From: Eledone cirrhosa | Taxonomy: Eukaryota | Assembly: GCA_964016885.1 (NCBI GenBank) | Contig: OZ024741.1 | Span: forward strand, 305,660,001 to 305,724,000 | Length of the DNA stretch: 64,000 nucleotides | Reading direction: 5' to 3' | Shown: piece after piece, positions 24,790 through 35,564 of the stretch | Numbering within the stretch: the stretch's first letter is position 1 | How the letters are laid out: every line of letters starts with the position of its first letter | Made by a program: the position numbers and the translations under genes | The notes under the pieces: generated by a model | What the model was told of the DNA's origin: nothing | What the model saw: the letters and a program-made list of their open reading frames with translations, nothing else | Database searches by the model: none

Positions 24790-25206
24790 AACCACCGTCA
24801 ACAGCAATAATAAAATCTCTATATTAATAAAAAAAAAATGTTTGCAGATTACAACAACAACTACAACAACAACAAGAACAATGGCAGCAACCACAATAAT
24901 AATATCAACAGCTGCAACAATAACAGTGACAGAATTCATAAAAGCAATAACAACAACTACAACTTCAACAGTAGCAGCAACAACAACTAAATCAAAAAAT
25001 GGTGGGTTAACCATAATAACCAAACATGAGTGAATAACCAGAACCACACACATACACACACACATATATATATATATATATGCATATGTATGTGCATGCA
25101 TACATACACACACACTCACACACACATATATATATACATACATACTTACTTACATACAAAACCAGAAACACAAATGTATATACAAACACACTCACACGCG
25201 AGCGCG

Positions 25207-25242
<36 letters not shown>

Positions 25243-25291
25243 CATACATAACCAGAACCACAAATATATATACACACAAACTCACACATAT

Positions 25292-25322
<31 letters not shown>

Positions 25323-25930
25323 CATACATACACACATACATGCATACATACACACACACTCACACACATATATACACACATACATACATACACATACACA
25401 CATACATACATACATAACCAGAACCACAAATATATATATCACACATACATAGATAGATTCATACATATACACACACACTTTTTATCTCCACAGCCGGAAA
25501 TTCCATTTCTCTTTCAAACTCGGAAGAACAAATTATTTCCTACCAGAGGCACCATAACTCCTCACCCCACTACCCATACCTCCTACCACAGACACCATAC
25601 CTCCTCACCCCTCTTCTCATGTCTCTCACCACAGGCACCATAGCTCCTCTCTCCATGTCTCCCTCTTTTCCTCTCTATGGATTCCAACCAATTATAACAC
25701 AGAGATTTATTCATTGTTCAGGGCCTTTTTGTTCTTGTTATTGCTGTTGTTGTTGTGGTGGTGGTCATGGTGGTAGCTGTTGTATTTGATATTGTTATTG
25801 TTGTTGCTGTTACTGTTGATGTTGTTGATGCTGATGTTGTTGTTGATGCTGATGTTGTTGTTGTTGTTGTAGCAGTTGTTGTTGTTGTAGCAGTTGTTGT
25901 TGTTGTAGCAGTTGTTGTTATTGTTGTTGT
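24790..25930. repeat. Low-complexity block: CAA-rich, CA/TA and GTT microsatellites
   Basis: Visible directly. Confidence 0.9.
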
Positions 25931-26432
25931 CATGCTTGTCTTGCAAAGCCTTTGTTACCTCATTGTGCGAAATTCTTTACATAATTTGTTCTTACATAGG
26001 TATGAAGTTGAGTCATTTTTTTTTCTGAAGAAAGAAAGAGAGAGAGAGAGAGAGACTATGGATGTGTTGGTGTCCATGCGTAATCAAGATACATTGAAGT
26101 GGAATGCTTCTAACTTAGAACCAAACCCACGCCATGAACACAATTCTCTGGTCTGCCAACACTTCTAATCTCCCTCATAATTTTTCTACACATACTCATT
26201 CTTGTAATCTATCTACACCTATACTCACCTACAAGGCCTACTTACATCTTTACTCACTCATGAGGCTTACCAACACCTACACTCACCCACCTGGTCTACA
26301 TACAGCTATAGTCACCCTCACTCACTAACTAGATCTACATCTCCACTGAGTAACCAGGTTCACCTACATCTACACCTTTACTCACTCACAAGGTCAACCT
26401 TCACCTACACTCACCAAGTGATTATACATCTA

Positions 26433-29230
26433 CAGGGTGGGTGGAAAGAAACTCCCTCTTGAAAATTACTTATAACTTCCGACTTACTGTGACCACAGGA
26501 CAGATCAATAACCTCATATTCATACAAGATAGGGCTCCACCTCATTTTGCACACACTGTTCCTGACTGGCTTGATGTCCAAATTCCAGGACATTAGCTAG
26601 GTCCACATGAATGGCCAGCAAGAAGCCCTGCAATTTGTTCCTGTGGTGGTGGGTAAAGGAAGGAGTTTATAGCAAAAAACCCCAAACTCTGACTCAATTG
26701 GAGGAATGCATTCATCATGTACTGACCAATATACCACTTGAGTTCCTGATAAAGTCAGTTGAGCACATTACCCAGATGATTACAAACACTGGTGGACAAC
26801 ACTAGTGCCTATGTAGAATTTTAACACCATACTATTACATAGAGACCAAGAGGGAAGCTAGGCGACAAGTATACTTAGCTAGGAGGGAAGCAGAGGAAAG
26901 AAAATTCAAGCATGTTTTGCAACGTGAGGACCAGAAACAGGAGGTGTTCAAGATTGCAAGGCAGTGTGTCAGAGAGAGTTGTGATGTCATTGGAGAGAAG
27001 TGTATCCGGAATGATAAAGGTGAGCTTGCCCTCACAAGTGCTGAGAAGAAAGATGCATGGAAGAGTCATTATGATAGATTACTAAATGAGGAGAATGCAT
27101 GGGAAGAAGAGACCCTACTCCAAGTAGACCCTATAGAGGGGCCAGCAGTACAAGTCAGCAGCAATGTAGTAAGTAAGGCAATCAAAGATATGAAGATGGG
27201 GAAGGCAACCGGTCCAGCGGGTATAGCTGCCGAGATGCTGAAGGCATCTGGGTCTGTAGGTCACACTATAACCACACGTATTGTTAACCAGGTAATACTA
27301 GGTGTCATACCAAAAGATTGGTGCAGTAGCATCATTGTCAACTGTTACAAAGGTAAAGGTGATGCACTAGATAGAGGAAACTATAGAGGTATAAAGCTGA
27401 TGGACCAGGTCATGAAAGTAACAGAAAGAGTTATAGCACAGTTGATTAGGGACCGGGTGAAACTAGATGAGATGCAATTTGGGTTTGTACCAGGAAGAGG
27501 CACCACTGATGCCCTCTTCCTTGTGAGGCAGCTACAGGAAAAGTACGTAGCTAAAAGTAAGCCACTCTACTTGGCATTTGTCGACCTTGAGAAAGCCTTT
27601 GACAGAGTTCCACGTGCTGTAATCTGGTGGGCTCTTAGAAAACTAGGAGTAGATGACTGGCTTGTGAAAGCAGTACAAGCCATGTATAGGGGAGCAGTCA
27701 GCAAAGTTAGGATTAGCAATGAGTATAGCGAGGAATTTAGCGTACAGGTTGGGGTCCACCAAGGCTCTGTTCTTAGCCCCCTCCTGTTCATCATAGTTTT
27801 GCAGGCAATAACGGAGGAGTTTAAGACCGGATGCCCATGGGAACTCCTGTATGTTGATGACCTCGCACTTATAGCTGAATCTATGGTAGAACTAGAGAAT
27901 AAATTCCAAACTTGGAAGCAGGGACTAGAAAGAAAGGGTCTCAAAGTCAACATGACAAAGACTAAGGTCTTTGTAAGTAGACGAGAAAACAGAACCCAGA
28001 TCCTCTCAGGGAAATGGCCTTGCTCAGTATGTAGGAAAGGTGTAGGTAGGAACTCCATTCTCTGCCCCAAATGCAAACAATGGGTACACAAGAGATGTAG
28101 CGGGATCTCAGGAAGCTTAATTAAGAATGTAGGCTTCACATGCAGCAGCTGTGCTTGGACAGCAAGCAGCAAACAGCCACAGGAAACAAGTACCACCAAT
28201 CTCTGGGAGGGCTCTGTAGAAACAGTAGACAGCTTCTGCTACCTAGGTGACCGAACTAGCAGCGGAGGTGGGTGTTCAGAAAGTACAACAACTAGGGTAA
28301 GAACGGGATGGAAGAAGTTTAGGGAACTACTACCACTGCTAGCTGCAAAAGGCTTCTCCCTCAGAATGAAAGGCAGACTGTATGATGCGTGTATCCGAAC
28401 AGCGATGTTGCATGGTAGTGAGAGCTGGGCGCTGAAGGTGGAAGACTTACGTAGATTAGAGAGAAACGAAGCCTGCATGATCCGATGGATATGTAATATA
28501 CGTGAACGACAAAGCATAAATGAATTGAGAGAGAGACTGAGCATAAGAGGAATCAAATGCTGTGTGCAGGAGAGGTGGTTGCGCTGGTATGGACATGTGA
28601 TGCGTATGAAGGATGACAGCTGCATAAAAAGGTGCAGAGCACTAGAAGTCGATGGAAACCGCGGAGTGGGGAGACCCAAGATGACCTGGGATGAGGTGAT
28701 AAAAGCCGACCTAACCCAATTACACCTCTCAAATGCAATGACACACGACCGTGACCTCTGGCGTCACGCAGTAATACAGAGTACCCGACCTCCCATGGGT
28801 ACAAGCTGACGCATATAAACAATATGCCCCCACACCCCCCACCGCAAGGTGGTCGTGGAGGTGCCAGGGCAAAAAAGCACCCAGCCCACACTGTAAAGTG
28901 GACGTGTAGGCGCCACGAAAAAGCACCCAGCACTCACTGTAAATGAGGTTGGTGTTAGGAAGGGCACCCAGCTGTAGAAATCAAGCCAAAATCAGTTCCT
29001 GTATGAGCAAGGCATGGTCAGCCGACCAGACACTGCCCACAACAGGACAACCCATCTAACCCATGCTAGCGTGGAAGAATGGACGTAAAACGATGATGAT
29101 GATGATGATGACTGTACTTCTACCATTATACTGTTCAAAATAAAACATGTTTCATGAAAATAATTAATTAATAAATAATTAATAAAGTTATTAACAATTT
29201 TGAATAGGGAGTTTCTTTCCACCCACCCTG
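26433..29230 (+). mobile_element. Deleted Tc1/mariner-superfamily element interrupted by an RTE insertion
   Basis: TIR TA|CAGGGTGGGTGGAAAGAAACTCCCT mirrored at 29206-29230|TA; transposase relic QDRAPPH and PCNLFLWWWVKEGVYSKKPQTL. Confidence 0.8.
26836..29110 (+). mobile_element. 5'-truncated RTE LINE (sister subfamily); open 630-aa RT frame with YVDD
   Basis: ORF 26917..28809 is similar to the 9980 ORF; 3' UTR and (GAT)n tail present. Confidence 0.92.
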
Positions 29231-29634
29231 TACACTTACACCAACCCTTGAGATCTACATTCACCAGCCAACTCTATACCTACACTCACCAACCAACTCT
29301 ACACCTACACTTACCAGCCAAGTCTACATCTACATTCACCACCCAACTCTACACCTATACTCATCACCCAGGTTAGGCTGAGTGCCCTAAGATAACTATA
29401 ATGGAATCTGATTTTGGAAGAGACAGAACTTATTTTCAAGCAGTGACAAGACTGAACTGAATATATATAGCATATTACATGTCCGTAACTGGATGTTGTT
29501 GTTGCAAATTGTAAAGGTTTACAATTTCCAGCTACAACATGCGGTTATGGAAATATAAATTGGTAATGGAACACTTTTTAATATCTTATATATATGTAAT
29601 TGAGCTTGACAATTTCTCTATAAGGGTATTGTAA

Positions 29635-29930
29635 ATAATTGTTTCTACGTTAGGCACAAGGCCAGCAATTACCCAGTGCATCACTGGTATTTTATTTTAT
29701 AGACCCCGTAAGGATGAAAGGCAAAGTTAACCTTGGCGGGATTTGAACTCAGAATGGCAAGGGCTGTAACTCTATACATCAAAGCATGGCGTCCGACCCT
29801 CTACCAATACTGCCAATCCACTATTGTAAATAATTGTTTCTACTTTAGGCACAAGGCCAGCAATTACCCAGTGCATTACTGGTACTTCATTTTATCGACC
29901 CCGTAAGGATGAAAGGCAAAGTCAACCTTC
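29635..29930 (-). mobile_element. Two tandem tRNA-derived SINEs (second truncated)
   Basis: Family match. Confidence 0.8.
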
Positions 29931-30814
29931 ACAGGGAATTGTTGAACTTGGTGACCTATTTCTTTGTTAGTATATATATATATATATCATCATCATCATC
30001 ATCATCATTTTTTACGTCCGCTTTTCCCTGCTTGCAAGGGTGGGACGGGAACTGATTCTGGCTTGATTTCTACAGCTGGATGCCCTTCCTAACACCAACC
30101 TCATTTACAGTGAGTGCTGGGTGCTTTTTTGCCGTGGCACCTCCACAACTACTTTACAGTGGAATGATAGGGACCCCAGTCCCTATCATCTCATTTCTAC
30201 AGCTGAGTAAACTGGAGCAATGTGAAATAAAGTGTCTTGCTCAAGGAAACAACACATCACCCGGTCTGAGAATTGAACTCACAACCTTTCGATTGCAAGG
30301 CCAATGCTCTAACCACTAAGCCATGTGCCTCCATATATATGTGTGTTGTTTCCTTGAGCAAGACACTTTATTTCACATTGCTCCAGTTTACTCAGCTGTA
30401 GAAATGAGATGATAGGGACTGGGGACTTGTGCCTCTCCTTTGTTCTGTCCTACACCATCTTGATGGTGTAGGACAGAACAAAGGAGAGACACAAAATAAA
30501 AACCCAGTCAATGAGGAGGTCACAGAATGTGTGAGGAAAGAGCTTTGACAATATATAAACAACCATCCGGTTATCGAACCAACCAAGCAACCGGAAATTT
30601 ACAATAAATTGAAGTTTAAACCAACTGGTGTATTTTTATGCGTGTTTTTATTGGCAGCATGACCCTCCCAAAGTATAACAAAATCTGTTTCAACACACGT
30701 TTTCAGATAAGAAATCTTGCAAAACAAATTCAAAAACGAAGTTTATATATATATATATAAAATAATTAAGTCAAATATGTAAAATTTGCCTTCATTTATT
30801 ATAAATTAAATATT

Positions 30815-30869
30815 ACTGCTATATATATTTCGGTGACAGCCATGATTGGCTGTGACCTCTTCAGGCAGT
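30815..30869 (-). ncRNA. Minimal type I hammerhead ribozyme (Penelope-type)
   Basis: ACTGC-CTGAAGA-GGTCACAGCC-aatcat-GGCTGTCACC-GAAA-TATATA-TA-GCAGT: intact core, 5-bp stem I, 9/10-bp stem II, palindromic stem III. Confidence 0.75.
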
Positions 30870-31456
30870 CTGGATTGGTGTGGAAAAGACAGGTACACAT
30901 GTTGTTGAAGTGTGTTTTACTCCGTCAATACATCGATATGTCCAGCTCCTGGGTGTGTTGTTATTCCTCCGAGGAACTGGAATCATATGAGCTAGAACAA
31001 ACGAATTTCAGCATCATAGGACACGCTTGTATCCCATTGGTCAGTTGTGAGAACATTCCTCAGTCAAAAGTCTATAGAAATTCTTCTGAGGCAGATCAGC
31101 CTGTTATAGTTGTTTTTGTTAGAATGTTTAAGTACAGCTGACCTCTTCCATTGTGTTGGTAGTGGTAGTGGTGTTAAGGGGTCAGCTGGCAACATATACT
31201 CAAAAAATATATATATATAGTGAAAGAATGAAGAGTAACATGGTTGGCTGTACAAAGGGCTTTATTTCAGGTATTAACAATTGTTTCATTGATCAGGTGA
31301 GTCTAGAGGCCGCTAACTGGATTACCTATAAAGATAACTTGTTATCCCATATATATATATCATCATCATCATCATCTTCGTAAAGGAATTGTGGTAAGGA
31401 ACCAGATGGACCATAACGCACCAGAGTACTCAATACTTAGGGTAGTAGAGTGGGAA

Positions 31457-31620
31457 ATAGGAAAAGGTATGACCCCCGATGGCAGAGCTCAAGCCGTTTC
31501 GACGGCTATTTCTGGACTAAATTAGAAATTTTAGCCTGGTTCACCAGGCTAAAAATTCTAATTTAGTCCAGAAATAGCCGTCGAAACGGCTTGAGCTCTG
31601 CCGTCGGGGTCATACTTTTT

Positions 31621-31625
<5 letters not shown>
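31457..31625. repeat. Near-perfect 169-bp palindrome
   Basis: Arms 31457-31540 and 31543-31625; 2-nt loop. Confidence 0.95.
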
Positions 31626-31681
<56 letters not shown>

Positions 31682-32185
31682 GTGTGTGAGTGAATGTTTT
31701 GACAAAAAAAAGTGATCAATCAAGATATATACCAGACTTGAAAAAATTAGTTCTGGATCGATATGCATGGTTACAATCTAATGACTGGCAACAGTAGTAA
31801 AAGTACAAAAGAATAAAAAATAGAAACCTCATTGGAAAATTATTTTCAATATGTTTTATGTCCTTAGTATGTCTGCTTCATAATTTAAAATCTCATTTAA
31901 AATGTGAAGAGTTTTAGATGGTTTGAATGGCTTATTTTCATCCATCTGCTTTTTGTCGTGGCAAAGGGTAATTGTTGGATTAGTTTTAGAAAATAAAGGT
32001 TCCGGTTTCGTTATAGTTCTGGAACAGTAGAAAAAAGTTTATGTCAACAAATATATTACATACATATATATATAATATAGTTGAAACAGTAAACAAAAAT
32101 AACGTGGAAGCGATGAAGCAGTACAAAATGTTAATATTAGTTTCCTGCTTGAGAGTGGGGGGTTACATACATATATATATATATA

Positions 32186-32866
32186 TCATCATCATCGTTT
32201 AACGTCTATCTTCCACGCTTGCATGGGTTTGGACGGGAATTGTCCCATATGAGGCAAGATTGGTTGTCTTGCTTGTATAGGACTATCTGGCAGGTTTTCT
32301 ATGGCTGGATGCCCTTCCTAACACCAACCACGTTTACAGTGTGGACTGGGAGGTTTTTACCGTGTTACCTACATGGCCACATTACAGAGTGGACTGTGTG
32401 TTTTTTTTGTCGTGACACCTACACGACCTCATTTATTTAGGACTGCATGTTGTGGTACCAACATAACTTTACAGAGAAAGGGTTGGTGTAGATGGGGGTG
32501 GGGGTAGGGGCAGTGGAATGGGGGTGTATTTTGGTTAAGAGGTGCCTACTGACTAGGTTTTGCTTTGTACTTAGGCAAGGTGGGTCTTCTGTATTACTGT
32601 GTAGCGCCAAAGATCTCGGTCCAGTGACATTGCCTTGGAGAGGTGTAAGTGTGTAAGATCGGAATTTATCAAATCGTCTCAAGATATTCTGGGTCTGCCT
32701 ACTCCGTAGCTTCCATCAATTTTTATCGCCCTGCACTTTTTTATACAGCTGTCGTCTTTCATGCGCATCATGTAACCATACTAGCGTAGTCTTCTCTCGA
32801 GTAAACAGCATCTGATCCCTCTTATTCCTAATTTCTCACCTAGTTCATTTATGCTTTGCTGTTCAT
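32186..32866 (-). mobile_element. 3' fragment of the RTE family, flanked by (TA)n on both sides
   Basis: Homologous to 9582-10275. Confidence 0.88.
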
Positions 32867-32885
32867 ATATATATATATATATATA

Positions 32886-33093
32886 CAGGACAGTGCAAAC
32901 TTTGTACAGAGGTACTCTTAGTAAAGTCAGGGTAGGAATGGAGTTTAGTGAGGAATTCCAGATACAAGTAGGAGTACATCAAGGTTCGGTCCTCAGCTCG
33001 CTCTTGTTCATTATAGTCCTCCAAGCCATAACAGAGGAGTTTAAGACTGGCTGTCCATGGGAACTTCTCTATGCTGACGATCTGGTTCTCTAG
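32886..33093 (+). mobile_element. RTE RT-core fragment
   Basis: GVHQGSVLS..WELLYADD. Confidence 0.85.
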
Positions 33094-33305
33094 TTTTAGG
33101 GATTCAAACTCACACACACACAGACATACATCCTCAGTTTTATATATATAGATTACAACAGCAGAGGAGCTTTTGATTCTAGAGTCTGTCCAGATCGATA
33201 CAGTTGAACCTTGAGCTTATCAATAGTGAAACACGTGCCACCCAATCAACAAATGTGATGAAGGCATAACAAATCGTCCTTTTATTATATACACATATAC
33301 ATATA

Positions 33306-34167
33306 CAAGGTGTGTCAGAAAAGTTCCAGGACTGATGTCACAAAAGATTTATTTCAAACCCAAACTTCACACTAAGAGTTTTCTCCTTCAAAGTAATCCC
33401 CCTGGAGTATGTAATTGTAATCTTAGCTCTCTGCAGCGATCAAACTTTTTTCTTCATAATTTTATATACATGTCCTCTGTTTCAGGTCGTCAAGCAATGA
33501 GCACAGAGCAACAAACAAACTTGAAAACTCCGTCAGAAGCACTGGGATTGCTGCAGAAAGTGTATGGAGATGAGCCGATGTCACGCTCACGTGTTTTTGA
33601 GTGGTGCAAGAAGTTTAAAGGAGGACGCGAGGACGTGGAAGGCCCTCAACATCCAGGACTGAGGTCAACATTGAGCGCGTCAGGCAGATGTTGCGTAGCG
33701 ATCGTCGGCTGACTGTTTGACTGATGGCAAATGAGCTGGGCATGAATCGGGACAGCGTCTGGAAGATTCTCACTGAAGATTTGGACATGTGGGAATCTGC
33801 GCGAAGATGGTGCCAAAACTGCTGAACGATGACCAGAAGGGTTGACGCATGCAAGTGTGCCAGGACATCCTCGAGCATCTTGAAACCAAACCAGACTTGC
33901 TAGGGACAGTCATCATGGATCTTCGAGTACGACCTGGAGGGGACCCGTTTTGAAGACGTGGACGACATCAAAAAGGCACTGACGACAGAACTGTGGAGGA
34001 TCCCGGAAGAATCCTTCCAGGAGTGCATGCAAGCGTGGCAGAAAAGGATGGAAAAGTGCATTAGACTCCAGGGGGGTTACTTTGAAGGAGAAAACTCTTA
34101 GTGTGAAGTTTGGGTTTGAAATAAATCTTTTGTGACATCAGTCCTGGAACTTTTCTGACCCACCTCG
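33306..34167 (+). mobile_element. Internally deleted mariner element with about 100-bp TIRs
   Basis: TIRs about 33306-33408 and about 34065-34167; TA flanks; HTH relic LLQKVYGDEPMSRSRVFEWCKKFKGGREDVE. Confidence 0.88.
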
Positions 34168-34204
<37 letters not shown>

Positions 34205-34394
34205 AGAGTAGACAGACAAAATTTACCTAACTTTTCTTTGTAGTCCAGATATATATATTGATTGTCTGTGGTATCGGGACAAGGAAGATCACAAATCAAA
34301 GAAGTACTCAATACATGGTAAGATGCAGAGTAGTTAACTAGCCAAAAGCACTGAGTTTGCGGTAGATCCTCTACTTCCATTAATATATATATAT

Positions 34395-35340
34395 ATTAGC
34401 ATTTATCAATTTCTAAAAGGCCTTTGACTCCATCAATCACAAGAAAATACAATCCGAGTCATGTACAAGAATACCTCTGCAGTATTAATTACACCAGATG
34501 GTGAGACTTATGCATTCAAGATCAACACAGGCACTCTCCAGGACGACCCTCTCACCCTATTCTTGTTCATCATCTGTCTAGACTATGCATTGCGCACTTT
34601 GATCATTGAAACCGATGGCTTGACACTGAGATGATGTTGTAGTCTTTGTCATCCATAGCTGATCTTGACTACAAGGCATGGCAACTTGTTGGTCTGTTTC
34701 TGAATGCGCATAAAACAAAGTACATGCACTTGAATCCATCTGCCAATGAGCACCTGCATGCAACAGATGACTCAGGTATTGAACTCGTGAGGGATTTCAA
34801 GTATATCAGGAGTTACACTGACTCTGGCCATGATATGGATGTCAGGATTGCTCAGTTGTGGAGTGCGCTTCACTCTTTGCAAAGAGTGTAGAAGACAGCC
34901 AAACACAAGAACACAAAACCAAGGGTGTTTCTGGCCTGTATAGAAATGATCTTTCTGTACGATTCAGAGTCATGAACATTGAATGCTGTTTATTGCCAGA
35001 GACTCGATGTCACATACACCAGAATGCTATGCTCGGCATACAACATCTAGGGACATCATCCAACAAACAAGTCTATATTGGTCCGGAGACCTCGATTGGT
35101 TTCATGGATGTTTAATGCAAGCTTCAGGGAACGTTCCTACTGCCCAACCCCCACCTCCAGGACATTCCCTATATATCATAAGATTTGACTCTGGCATCCC
35201 ATCGAGTGCATGAGTCACCTGGAGGGGATGGATCAGACATCTGGATGTAATCTGCTGAGCTTGATTAACCATGGAACTAGCGAGGAGTAGGGCTCTCATA
35301 CTTCTAGCAATTTCAATCCTGTTAAACCATAACAACTACA
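34395..35340 (+). mobile_element. Old degenerate LINE RT fragment (RTE-related)
   Basis: FKKAFDSI, LQDDPL.LFLFIICLDYALR, GLFLNAHKTKYM..FKY. Confidence 0.65.
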
Positions 35341-35564
35341 TTATATACCCTGGTTTATAGTTCAGATATACTGGTATCTATTTTTAATATAATTATTTCT
35401 TTTTAATTTATCTATAATGTATTTACTTTTTGTTATCAGTTATTCACAGTTGTTGCAAACCTGGGGACAATTGGAGTTGGAAAGAGATGGCTGTCACTAC
35501 TACTATAACAAACCAATGCCTGCCAAGGAGGAGTGGGAAAGAGTTTCTTGTGGAATTCATTACT

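Noticed and set aside
29478-29541. Possible small minus-strand exon (similar candidates at 6637-6731 and 31200-31327)
   Set aside because: Splice-like ends only; no recognisable protein or phase support.
33200-33250. GAAACACGTGCC as a hammerhead remnant
   Set aside because: CTGANGA core and UH cleavage site are missing.
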